A stretch of DNA of 64,000 bases. Source: Nitrospirota bacterium. Its GTDB lineage: Bacteria > Nitrospirota > UBA9217. Where the stretch lies: positions 32,001-96,000 of the forward strand of contig CAVVOB010000012.1 in assembly GCA_963749655.1 (NCBI GenBank), read 5' to 3'. The position numbers and the translations under genes were made by a program. Of the stretch, positions 1 through 8,846 are shown piece after piece. Within the stretch, counting starts at the first letter, position 1, and every line of letters starts with the position of its first letter. Below the pieces are notes generated by a model. It was not told where the DNA came from, searched no databases, and was given only the letters and a program-made list of their open reading frames with translations.

Positions 1-113
1 TCATCGAACAGGACGATCAGGAAGCCCCGCACCCTCGGTTGGTCGCCGTCGATCGTGGCGACGAAGCAGACGGGGTTTTCCCGAACAAACCGCATGACCT
101 CCTCTTTTGACAT
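1..113 (-). CDS. Pyridoxamine 5'-phosphate oxidase family protein, N-terminus (runs off window)
   Basis: Manual translation from ATG 113: MSKEEVMRFVRENPVCFVATIDGDQPRVRGF, with the family-typical ATxDGxQPxVR motif and an AAGGAG RBS upstream. Not in the ORF track. Confidence 0.75.
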   Translation of the reverse strand, partial: MSKEEVMRFVRENPVCFVATIDGDQPRVRGFLIVLFD

Positions 114-633
114 GGCAGTCTCCTTTCGTTCCCGGCTGTCCCACTATAAAGAATCACGATGAGGGACGCCTTCAAAATCCGATCATTTTTTTTAAGAATT
201 CCATTATTCTTCAGGAGCTGAAGAAGTATCCCGTGACAAGTGCAGTCCCCGCGTTCCCCGCGTCTCCGCGTGAGGCGCCTTCTTCTGTTAAGGAACGTGC
301 TGAAATAGCGGAGGGGACATCTTGGTTTTTGTATCACGCGGAGGCGCGGAGGAAGGCATTCTTAGGGAGGCCGAAGTTATCATGGTAAGTTTATTGTCCA
401 CATGGCTTAGCTGCTGAACGAAAGGAAGTGATCTCATGGGAAACGGAACAGGCGGCAGCGAGCATTGCAGAAGCAAAAGGGGAAGAATGCGAAAGACGGG
501 GAAAACAGTCATGAAAGATACATCATTCTTGCGGCAGGGGACAGGCCGGTGGTGTCCCTCCCCGTTTTTTTGTGTCAGGGAGGGGCTCCGGTCCCCTGCG
601 GTTGCGTCTCGTCAAGCAACAGGCGCCTGCGAT

Positions 634-1020
634 TTATTTCAGCCCGTCCACGCTCCATTTGACGCCGCCCCGGCAGGCAATGAGGAGGAAAACGAAACAG
701 TAGAGAACGGCCAGTTCGCCTTGGTTCACTGCCGGAAAGAACTTGGGTCCCAGCTGGAACTTCCAGTGGAACTGGATATACGCCACTGCCATCTCGCCGC
801 TGCAGAGGAAGGCCGCCCAGCGGGTCTTCAATCCCAGCATGACCGCGAGCCCCGCGACGAGCTCGATGAGCCCGCCGAACCAGAGTTGGGACCCCAGGGG
901 CGGCTGGAAGTCGGAGAGTATTCCCAGGATCTTCTGGGCGCCGTGGAACGCGAACATGAATCCGGTGATGATTCGCATCAATGCATAGGCGTGGTCGGAG
1001 TACTTTGCAAGCATTTTCAT
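634..1020 (-). CDS. DoxX family membrane protein
   Basis: RIITGFMFAFHGAQK...GLIELVAGLAVMLGLKTRWAAF...NQGELA motifs, four TM segments. Confidence 0.9.
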   Translation of the reverse strand: MKMLAKYSDHAYALMRIITGFMFAFHGAQKILGILSDFQPPLGSQLWFGGLIELVAGLAVMLGLKTRWAAFLCSGEMAVAYIQFHWKFQLGPKFFPAVNQGELAVLYCFVFLLIACRGGVKWSVDGLK

Positions 1021-1198
1021 GAGGGCATCCTCCTTAACTGTGCGGTGATGGCATCTTGATAGAATTATACCCCCGGGAAAAGGAGGCGGGGGATTTGAGG
1101 GGAAATATTCTCTGGAAGACCGGCATGGGTCAGACGGAGGGCGCCTTCCTATCGGGGGGCGATCTTCCGGTGAATCGTATCAATCCCGCCGGGGCCTG

Positions 1199-2611
1199 CT
1201 AGGAAGGGGTATCAGGTCCATCTGGACGGGATAGCAGCGGGAGGGGAATATTTACCGACACACAGGTGCCGGCATCGGAGGTGAACATGACGGTGCCGCC
1301 GATTTCGGCGGCGCGGACCTTCATATTCGATACGCCGCGGCCCTTGCCGGAATGCGCAGCATGGTCGTAGCCGAGCCCGTTGTCCCGAATGGTAAGCGAG
1401 ATTCGTTCCTTGTTCACCTGAAATCCCACGGTGACATTTTTTGCTTTCGAATGCTTGATGACGTTGGTGAGGGCCTCCCGGTAGATCCGGAACAGGTGCA
1501 GGCACAGAAGGCTTCCCGGCCTCGTAACGCTTTCATCAATTTCCGCTTTTAAATCGAATGCGATCGCGTGGTGCTCGACGGTCTTTGTGCCCCGGTTGCG
1601 CAGCTCGGCGATGAGCGTGTGCCAGTTCAGATCGTTCCGGTCGAGACTGTACATAAGGCTCCTGATCTCTCCCATCCCTTCGCGCGACAGCTCCAGAATC
1701 GTATTCAGCGATTTGCTGATATCCTCCTGCGAAGATGCTTTCAGGGCGACTTCGGTGAGCATGCATATGTTCGTCGTTATGCCGCCGATGCCGTCGTGAA
1801 TGTCCATGAGAATCTTTTGAAACGCCTGCTGGGCCGCCCGGCGCTCATCAAGCATCGTATTAAATGCTGTTGCAAGCTTTCCTACTTCGTCCGTTCCCGT
1901 TACGGGCACCTGGGTGACTATGCCTCCCTGGCCCATGACCCTCACATTCTCAGTCAGCGCCTCCAGAGGATGCGTGATTTTTTTCACCCCCAGATATACG
2001 ACAAAGGCGCTCGCGCAGATGAAAATAAAGGCGATGATCGCATTTCGTTTCAGCATGCACAGGATCTCCCGGTCCAGGGCTTCTTTGCCCAAAACGATCC
2101 TTACATGCCCGATCACGCGGGTATTCGTGCCGGGCTCCTGATCGCCGAAATAGAGCACCTTTTCTTCATTCGGATAAATCGTTAGAACGACGGGCTTCAT
2201 GAACTCCAGCGTACGATCGGTAGCCTGTGTCGGCGTGGCCAGTTCCGTTTTTATGACCTCATCAGGCGTCCCGGGTTCCCGATTAAAATCTGTATTCGCC
2301 GACGATTTGCTGATCACGTATAACTGCTTCATGTCGGCGTTGTATATTTCCACGAGAACGACGTCCGGTTCAGCGGCTACACCGGCGGCAACGTCCTTCA
2401 AAAGATCCCTGTTTTCCGCAAAAACGCCCGTCCGAGAACTGTATGCAAGGAGGTTCGTCAGCAGCTCGCCCTTGTTCGTGAGCTCCTTTCGCACCCGTCG
2501 CTCCTCCGAGAAAACGGCGAAAAGCGTATAGACCGTGAGCATGGTCACAATAATGAGAATGGATGCGCTGAGCAGCCTGAATACGAGGCCTTTTTCAGGG
2601 AATAATTTCAT
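1199..2611 (-). CDS. HAMP-domain sensor histidine kinase (HisKA_3/NarX-UhpB-like)
   Basis: Two TM segments flanking a periplasmic domain, HAMP (PLEALT...DEVGKLATAFNTM), H-box DIHDGIG, N-box EALTNVIKHS, G-boxes DNGLG and GRGVSNM. Start taken at MKLFPEK. Confidence 0.9.
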   Translation of the reverse strand: MKLFPEKGLVFRLLSASILIIVTMLTVYTLFAVFSEERRVRKELTNKGELLTNLLAYSSRTGVFAENRDLLKDVAAGVAAEPDVVLVEIYNADMKQLYVISKSSANTDFNREPGTPDEVIKTELATPTQATDRTLEFMKPVVLTIYPNEEKVLYFGDQEPGTNTRVIGHVRIVLGKEALDREILCMLKRNAIIAFIFICASAFVVYLGVKKITHPLEALTENVRVMGQGGIVTQVPVTGTDEVGKLATAFNTMLDERRAAQQAFQKILMDIHDGIGGITTNICMLTEVALKASSQEDISKSLNTILELSREGMGEIRSLMYSLDRNDLNWHTLIAELRNRGTKTVEHHAIAFDLKAEIDESVTRPGSLLCLHLFRIYREALTNVIKHSKAKNVTVGFQVNKERISLTIRDNGLGYDHAAHSGKGRGVSNMKVRAAEIGGTVMFTSDAGTCVSVNIPLPLLSRPDGPDTPS

Positions 2612-2615
2612 TTCG

Positions 2616-3566
2616 CTACTCCACTTTTTCCGCATTTCGAATTGCCTCTTCGTCGAGCCGTAATCCGATTTTTGCAGCAACCTTCGTGTTCACGATGAGG
2701 TGGGGGGTTCTTGCATAAGCGCGAGAGGGAGCTCTTTCGCCCCCGGTCAGGTGCCGTACCTGCTCTCCGGCCTGGACTCCCATATCGTAGGGGTCAATCG
2801 TCAATGCGGCCACCGCCCCTCGCTCGACGTATTTTTTTGCGAAGGAGAAGACCGGCAGCTTGTTCTGAAAGGAAAAGAGCATCAGGTACTCGATTGTTTC
2901 GGAGTTGACGAGCGTCGAATCCGGCAGCATCCACAGAATATCAACCTTGTCCCGCAGTTCATTCAAAGCCGCAGGCACCTGCTGCGGATTGCCGACCGGC
3001 TTGATGATCAGGGTCATCCCTCTGTTCCGGGCGACGGCTGACGCCTCCTCGACGAAGGGGCCCGTATGTTCAGGGTCAAAGAGCACCCCGATCCTTTTGG
3101 CCGAGGGAAAAAGCGGGGCCATGGCTGCAAAGTACGTTGCCGGCGCAATGTCCATGCTCACGCCCGATACGTTGTCCGCAGAAAGAACCGCCGTTTCGGA
3201 CGGGATCACCATGGTGTAGATTATCGGAACGTCCTGGATAGTTCGCGCTTTTTTGAACGCCTTGGTGCCGACGGCGAAGATCGCGCTGGGGCGCTCGGCT
3301 TCGACGATGGCCAGCACGTCGTTGTCCGAAAGCCCCAGCTCTTTCATCGTGCAGCCGCAGGCGGTCTTGAATCCCTGAATTGCGTCACGGTAGGGTTTGA
3401 TATCGGTGTCTTTTATGACGATGACTTCATGAGCTGCTGCGGGGAGGGGCAGACCGAACAGGCACAGCATGAGCGCAGCCCCGACAACGACGGCGCTCAG
3501 TTTGCTGCCGTGAATAATGCAGGGCCGGTGAGTGGCAGATGGACGGAGGTTATGACTTGTCCGCAT
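2616..3566 (-). CDS. ABC-type substrate-binding protein (ABC_sub_bind-like) with no permease or ATPase nearby
   Basis: Signal peptide ending AAA-HE; IFAVG, GVS, KRIGVLFDP, WMLPD, YVERGA, GVQAG and LIVNTKVAAKIGL motifs. Start overlaps the radical SAM stop. Confidence 0.85.
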   Translation of the reverse strand: MRTSHNLRPSATHRPCIIHGSKLSAVVVGAALMLCLFGLPLPAAAHEVIVIKDTDIKPYRDAIQGFKTACGCTMKELGLSDNDVLAIVEAERPSAIFAVGTKAFKKARTIQDVPIIYTMVIPSETAVLSADNVSGVSMDIAPATYFAAMAPLFPSAKRIGVLFDPEHTGPFVEEASAVARNRGMTLIIKPVGNPQQVPAALNELRDKVDILWMLPDSTLVNSETIEYLMLFSFQNKLPVFSFAKKYVERGAVAALTIDPYDMGVQAGEQVRHLTGGERAPSRAYARTPHLIVNTKVAAKIGLRLDEEAIRNAEKVE

Positions 3567-4857
3567 TATCGTATTTGACGTCTTGAAGTACGAGCGATTG
3601 CAGCGCTTTGTCGAAATAGTGCTTTCTGCAATCGATACCCTGCATGCTTCCGTCATGGATAAGTTTCATGTACTTGCATCCCCCGAAACAGAGCGGCAGA
3701 TAGCAGCAGGAAAGGCATTTCTCGTTTTTCCAGTCGTCAAGCGCATGGGATCGCCGGTAGTCGGCCAACCCGTTCCTGAGATCGCCTACGCTGCAATGTT
3801 CCCTTCCGATCATGCCGGGGCACTTGTACAGCGTTCCGTCGAAGTTCACTACAATGTTTTCGTGAATTGCCATCATGCAAATCGCCGGACCGACCTTCCG
3901 CGTGCGAAATCCGCGCTTCAAAATTTCTTCTCTCAGAAAGGTCCCGGCGTCGATCAGCCATGGCTCTTCCGACGACATGCAGCCGTCATGAAAATCGGGA
4001 GGGGAGAATTCTCCCCGTTCGTTGATGACCGGGCCGAAACTCACGAATGAAATTTTTTCGGGGGTGAGGCCCGTGTCGAGGAAATGATCGAGCAGCCGGG
4101 GGAAGACCCGGTAGTGCTCCCGGGTATAATTGCCACCGACCTGCACATCGATCAGACCGCAGACGTCGCGGAGATTGCCGACAATAGTGTCGAACGACCC
4201 CGTGCCGGATTTGAAGGGCCTGAACAGGTCATGTACCTCGCGGGGACCGTCCAGAGTCACGCCTGCTCCGGCAAGCCCGAGAGGCTTCAGTTTTTCCACG
4301 ATGCGCCGCGTAAGCAGTGTCCCGTTCGTGATCAGGGAAAATGTGAATTCCATGTTCCGTTCTTCCGCAAGGCCCCTCATTTCCTCGGCAACACGAACGA
4401 TCATGTCAGTGCTCAAGAGCGGTTCGCCGCCGTAGAACGTGATATTGATTTCGTCCTTGTCTTCCAAGTCCCTGGACCGGACAAAAGCGGTGAATTGCTT
4501 TGCTGTCTCGACGGACAGATAGTGTTTGCCTTTTCTCGTGCCTTCGAAGCAGTATTTACATCCGAGGTTGCAGTCGAGATTGAGCACGACGAGGGCGCAG
4601 AACGCGTTGTTGCCGCTGTTCAGCTCATCGAGGTATGTGCGCATCTGCCGCTCTTCGGTCTGGGGGCTCCGCACGAGGAACCCCTCGGAGCTGAGAGTCC
4701 TGCGTTCTCCGGCCGGCAAACGGCCTTTCTCGATATCATCGAGAACCTCAGGCGAAACGCTGACCACGGACGTCGTCCGTGTTGAAAAGAGCGATACAAG
4801 ACCTGGTTCTTCAGGATCATGAAAGCGTATGCAGTATCTGGATAAGTGCATGGTCAT
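3550..4857 (-). CDS. Radical SAM/SPASM peptide maturase (geopeptide maturase-like) with N-terminal RRE-like domain
   Basis: CNLGCKYC radical SAM motif, FYGGEPLL, TNGTLL, TLDG; SPASM cysteines ICMMA...YKCPG...CLSCCYLPLCFGGC...IDC; N-terminal ~60 aa ending L-x-x-x-GFLV as in RRE/PqqD folds. Confidence 0.9.
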   Translation of the reverse strand: MTMHLSRYCIRFHDPEEPGLVSLFSTRTTSVVSVSPEVLDDIEKGRLPAGERRTLSSEGFLVRSPQTEERQMRTYLDELNSGNNAFCALVVLNLDCNLGCKYCFEGTRKGKHYLSVETAKQFTAFVRSRDLEDKDEINITFYGGEPLLSTDMIVRVAEEMRGLAEERNMEFTFSLITNGTLLTRRIVEKLKPLGLAGAGVTLDGPREVHDLFRPFKSGTGSFDTIVGNLRDVCGLIDVQVGGNYTREHYRVFPRLLDHFLDTGLTPEKISFVSFGPVINERGEFSPPDFHDGCMSSEEPWLIDAGTFLREEILKRGFRTRKVGPAICMMAIHENIVVNFDGTLYKCPGMIGREHCSVGDLRNGLADYRRSHALDDWKNEKCLSCCYLPLCFGGCKYMKLIHDGSMQGIDCRKHYFDKALQSLVLQDVKYDNADKS

Positions 4858-4863
4858 CTCAAT

Positions 4864-4898
4864 GAAAAAGAAAGAACAGGGGAGAGCGAGCTCTCCCC
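4864..4898 (-). terminator. Intrinsic terminator/attenuator between precursor and maturase
   Basis: Perfect 8-bp stem GGGGAGAG/CTCTCCCC (4879-4898) with a 4-nt loop, followed on the minus strand by TGTTCTTTCTTTTT. Confidence 0.75.
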
Positions 4899-4911
4899 GA
4901 ATGAGTTGTTG

Positions 4912-5100
4912 CTAGCGACGGTACGTGATCATTGTCCCCCAGGGACAGCATAATGGCATTGAGGCTTTGGCCTTTGCCGACTTCTTCTTGGCTGTTTTCT
5001 TTTTTGCTGCCTTCTTCTTGGTTGCCTTTTTCTTTGTTGCTTTCTTCTTTGCCGACTTCTTCTTTGTTGCCTTCTTCTTGACCTTTACGCGTGCCGCCAT
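4912..5100 (-). CDS. Putative RiPP precursor: Lys-rich (KKKxx)7 leader plus Cys-Cys core, 62 aa
   Basis: Strong RBS GAGGAGGTG before ATG 5100; MAARVKV-KKKAT-KKKSA-KKKAT-KKKAT-KKKAA-KKKTA-KKKSA-KAKAS-MPLCCPWGTMITYRR; lies directly upstream of the rSAM/SPASM gene. Confidence 0.75.
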   Translation of the reverse strand: MAARVKVKKKATKKKSAKKKATKKKATKKKAAKKKTAKKKSAKAKASMPLCCPWGTMITYRR

Positions 5101-5147
5101 CTTTTTCACCTCCTCATTGGATTGACTTCCCCGACATATGTCATCCC

Positions 5148-7022
5148 CTAAAACTTGCAACGAATTCCGGCTTCGTACCATCGTTCAGGGTTCTTATATA
5201 CATCTAGTACATACTGGGAGCCGTTAAAAATATTGTGGGCAGCCGCAAAGACCTCCAGGGACGAATATTTGCGAACAGACATCTTTTTTGTCATGGTGAG
5301 ATCGAATATAAAGGAATCGTATTTCCCGTTGTAGGAAGGATCCGCGTTCCAATCGACATAGCGTCCCTGGAGCAGGGCCTTGAGCGATCGCGTGTCGTCG
5401 TAGCGGAGAGCAAGATCATAGACCTGTGTCGGTATGTTGTGCAATCTCTGGCCCGTAGCGGCGTCAACTGCATCGACGTACTCCGCGCCCGCAGAGAGGG
5501 AGGTATTGTATACGGGAACGGTCTTCATGGCGAACTCAATCCCCTGGCGGCGCTGGCTTCCGCCATTTACGAGCAATATTGTCGTCGCCGAGCTTGTATC
5601 TACGGTGATGGCGTCATCGATGTCGTTCCTAAATGCGGAAAGTTTCAGCCAGAGGGACTTCACTGCAGTCGTTTCCGCTCCCACTTGGTACGCTATGACC
5701 GTCTCCATTTTGAGATCGGGATTAGCGGTGAAGTAAATGCCGTCCCCGAAGGTTTCTGCAAGCGTGGGGATGCTGAATCCCCGTGCGGCTGAAGCCCTCA
5801 GAATTGTGCTGTTCGCAATGCCGTAGGTGAGCCCCAGGCTCGGACTTGCCATATCTCCATTCGTATTGGTGCTGTCATACCGGATGCCGGGGGTGACTGA
5901 AAGCTTGTTGAACGTAAGGGTATCATTGGCATAGAAGGCAGATTTCTTAATTCCCTGCTCCCCGTTCGCCAAATTGTTCCATTTCAGCCTCTTGTCATCA
6001 TAATCGGCCCCCGCGACGATCGTCTGAGAGGGACTTTTCCAGGTCAGTTTCGCGCTTGCGCCGTATCCCTCATCAACAGCTCTGCTTTCCTGGAGAAATG
6101 CGCCCGTACTGAGCTGATGGTTCGTACTTATAAAGTCCTGACGAAGAGTTCGGAGAGAAACGTTCAGGTCCAGGTTCTTGCGGAGAGTGGAATTCAAGGC
6201 CATGGTTGCATGCAGGATTTCCAGGGAGTTCTCATAGGACAGATCAAAGAGTGGATCAAGTCCCGTATTGCGGGTTGTATTCATATAGCCGACCGCAGCA
6301 AGAATATCGGTATGGTCCGAAAGATCATAGGAGAATTTTGCATAGGTATTGTTCTCCCTGACATCGGAGTAGAGCGTCAGACCGTCCGACTGCAGGTTCC
6401 CGGCGGAGAGATAGTAACCGAACCCGTTCTGCTTGCCCCGCGCCTCCGCACGCGAGTCGATTGTGTTCCTTGTTCCGTAGGATGCGGAAACCATACCGCC
6501 GCTGTTGTCTTTCGTTCCGGACTTGGTGATGATGTTGATTACGCCCCCGAGGGCCGAGCCCCAGGCCGAGGATGCCGGACCTTTGATGATCTCGATTTTT
6601 TCGATGTTCTGCACGGGGAGAATCCCGAGGTCGGCGATATTGTTGGCGACGTTGTTCAGGATGATTCCATCAATGATCACGGTCACGTGCTTGGTGTCCG
6701 ATCCTTGTATATATGCTTGGGCTATCTGTCCGGGGCCCCCGGTCATCCATACGACGACGCCGGGGACCGTATTCAGCACCTCGGCAACGGTATGGGCGTT
6801 CATGAGCTCGATGTCCGCGGCCGTGACCACGGAAATGTTCTCGGCGGTCCGGGAAATCGGTTTGGAGCTCCGCGTTGCGGACTGCACAACAAGCTCTTCT
6901 TCTTTGAAGTACATCAGGAGAAAGTTTTTTTCTTCGTCGGGCTGCGCCAGGGCGGGGGAACAGAAGGTCAACAGATAGGCGATAGCGGCTAGAACGCTGA
7001 CGGTCTTGGCAAGTCTTTTCAT
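5148..7022 (-). CDS. TonB-dependent receptor
   Basis: Signal peptide, TonB-box-like ELVVQSATR, plug motifs (EVLNTVPGV, IEKIEIIKGPASSAWGSALGGVINIITK), NPDLKME, C-terminal Phe. Confidence 0.93.
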   Translation of the reverse strand: MKRLAKTVSVLAAIAYLLTFCSPALAQPDEEKNFLLMYFKEEELVVQSATRSSKPISRTAENISVVTAADIELMNAHTVAEVLNTVPGVVVWMTGGPGQIAQAYIQGSDTKHVTVIIDGIILNNVANNIADLGILPVQNIEKIEIIKGPASSAWGSALGGVINIITKSGTKDNSGGMVSASYGTRNTIDSRAEARGKQNGFGYYLSAGNLQSDGLTLYSDVRENNTYAKFSYDLSDHTDILAAVGYMNTTRNTGLDPLFDLSYENSLEILHATMALNSTLRKNLDLNVSLRTLRQDFISTNHQLSTGAFLQESRAVDEGYGASAKLTWKSPSQTIVAGADYDDKRLKWNNLANGEQGIKKSAFYANDTLTFNKLSVTPGIRYDSTNTNGDMASPSLGLTYGIANSTILRASAARGFSIPTLAETFGDGIYFTANPDLKMETVIAYQVGAETTAVKSLWLKLSAFRNDIDDAITVDTSSATTILLVNGGSQRRQGIEFAMKTVPVYNTSLSAGAEYVDAVDAATGQRLHNIPTQVYDLALRYDDTRSLKALLQGRYVDWNADPSYNGKYDSFIFDLTMTKKMSVRKYSSLEVFAAAHNIFNGSQYVLDVYKNPERWYEAGIRCKF

Positions 7023-7186
7023 ACAGGCCCCACTTGATGGAAAAAGATATGGTGATGCGAACTAAGGAATCAGGCTTCGGAGCAAGTCCGCCGCCAGGGT
7101 TATCGTTTCGAAGGTTATCAGGCAACAATGCCGCGTGAAGGTATACGGAAGAGGGAACGGCGCATCGGCGCCTCTCCACGGGGACG

Positions 7187-7215
7187 AGAGTACACTAAAT
7201 ATGAAAAAATTGCAA
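7187..7215 (-). promoter_or_regulatory. Sigma70-type promoter of the TonB/RiPP operon
   Basis: Minus strand TTGCAA-17 nt-TACTCT. Confidence 0.55.
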
Positions 7216-7333
7216 GAATCTCTTGCGGATACAGAATTTCCCGGCGGTCCGTTTCAGCGTGATCACGGTACGACGCGGGCGCGGAGAGGATATATCTCTT
7301 CCGTCTGAAGAATAGAACGTGTCGAGGGGTTTT

Positions 7334-8053
7334 CTATTGCGGTATATCGATCCTGTCTTTGTTCCTGAAGCTCCTGACCAGGATTTTGCCGCGCGACCAG
7401 GTGTAGATATGCACCCGAGCCTTGCTCCTGGCCGTTACGCAGGTTGCGCCGAAGTCGTCGTAGTGAATGGCCGCGAAGTTGTCGCAGGCTATGCCGACCA
7501 TTCTTTCCCGCGCGATCATTGCCTTGAACGAGGCATGACGTTTTTCCGAATCCAGATGGGGGCAGTACAGCCCCGGGCGGAGACCGAGCGACCGGACTTT
7601 TATGTAGGACCAGTTTTTTCTGCCGGAAAAGGAGCGTGAATCGGAATGGCCCCACTCGTGCCAGCAGATAGCGCCCGCACTCAGGCCGGCAAGCACCGTT
7701 CCTTCATGCGCGGCCCTGATCAGCATCCTGTCGACGCCGAAACGGCGCCACATCTTCATCATACGAAGCGTATTGCCGCCGCCTACATAGATAAGATCAG
7801 CTGCCTTGATCTTCCTTGCCGCAGCGGCGCGGTCCTCGGGCCTCCGGTAAAGAAGGAGATGGTCAGTTCTGCATCCGAGCAGATCCCCGTAGATATGGTC
7901 AAAAGCCCTGCGGTAATCTTCGTCATCATTGTTCGCCGTGGGGATGAAGAGCGCCCGCGGAGACTTCTTGCCCGTGAGCTTTACGATGTATGTGTCGATC
8001 GGGAGGGTCTGCTTCTTCTTCAGGCTGCCGCCGCCGATGGCAATGATGTTCAT
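7334..8053 (-). CDS. Peptidase S51 (peptidase E-like)
   Basis: IIAIGGG, FIPTA, IYVGGGNT, nucleophile elbow GLSAGA, CPH. Confidence 0.88.
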   Translation of the reverse strand: MNIIAIGGGSLKKKQTLPIDTYIVKLTGKKSPRALFIPTANNDDEDYRRAFDHIYGDLLGCRTDHLLLYRRPEDRAAAARKIKAADLIYVGGGNTLRMMKMWRRFGVDRMLIRAAHEGTVLAGLSAGAICWHEWGHSDSRSFSGRKNWSYIKVRSLGLRPGLYCPHLDSEKRHASFKAMIARERMVGIACDNFAAIHYDDFGATCVTARSKARVHIYTWSRGKILVRSFRNKDRIDIPQ

Positions 8054-8646
8054 GTCCTTCTCCTTGTTCTTTCCTGCTGCACTTCCCGATATCTGAAGCA
8101 GTCGACGAGGTGATCGTTGACCATCCCCGCCGCCTGCATGAAGGCATAACAGATGGTCGAGCCGACGAACTTGAAACCCCGCTTCTTCAGGTCCTTGCTC
8201 ATGCTGTCTGATTCCGGCGATGTTGCCGGGATCTGGGTGAGGCGATTGAACCGGTGCTGTATGGTCTTATTGCCGACAAATTGCCAAATGTATGCATCAA
8301 AGGATCCGAACTCCTTCCGGATCTCGATAAACTTTTGTGCGTTCGTGATCGCTGATTCGATCTTCAGTCTGTTGCGTATGATGCCGTCGTTTTTCAAAAG
8401 ACGCTGCACATCTTTTTCATCGTAGCGCGCAATAACGGTCGGATCGAATCCGTTAAAGGCTTTTCGGTAGTTCTCGCGTTTCCGGAGCACGGTGGACCAC
8501 GAGAGCCCTGCCTGCGCCCCGTCCAGCACGATGAATTCGAAGAGCTTACGGTCGTCGTGGAGCGGTACGCCCCATTCCGTGTCATGGTAGGCGATCATGA
8601 GAGGATCGTCGGAAGGCCAGGAACATCGTCTTATTTTCTTAGACAT
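8050..8646 (-). CDS. tag: DNA-3-methyladenine glycosylase I
   Basis: RCSW...YHDTEWG, QAGLSW, GIIRNRLKI, GFKFVGSTICYAFMQAAGMVNDH...C. Confidence 0.95.
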   Translation of the reverse strand: MSKKIRRCSWPSDDPLMIAYHDTEWGVPLHDDRKLFEFIVLDGAQAGLSWSTVLRKRENYRKAFNGFDPTVIARYDEKDVQRLLKNDGIIRNRLKIESAITNAQKFIEIRKEFGSFDAYIWQFVGNKTIQHRFNRLTQIPATSPESDSMSKDLKKRGFKFVGSTICYAFMQAAGMVNDHLVDCFRYREVQQERTRRRT

Positions 8647-8846
8647 GGAGGTCTCCAAAACGTCTCTGGCATATGAGAGGCTTTTGAAGAGAAGATACTA
8701 TACCGTGAGAAACAAGGCAAGTGTTCGATGCGATTTTTTAGGTATGCGGCTGTAGCTGCGGGCCAGGAGGGCACGAGCCGTTATCCAGCAGTCGTAAACG
8801 ATTGAAGAGTTCGAAGCAGCGCGGAGTCGGGTATGCGTGCTGTGAA

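Noticed and set aside
382-575. RBS + MVSLLSTWLSC-TGA as a selenopeptide, followed by a terminator-like hairpin
   Set aside because: No SECIS-like hairpin evident after the TGA, and read-through runs antisense into doxX; function unsupported.
4925-5125. Plus-strand Phe-rich ORF
   Set aside because: Antisense shadow of the Lys-rich precursor; the RBS and operon orientation favour the minus strand.
7023-7180. Cobalamin or other riboswitch upstream of the TonB receptor
   Set aside because: No B12-box, TPP or GEMM consensus recognised in the ~155-nt leader.
7334-8053. Peptidase E as the RiPP leader peptidase
   Set aside because: S51 enzymes are dipeptidases, the gene is coupled to tag, and a separate promoter lies between it and the TonB gene.
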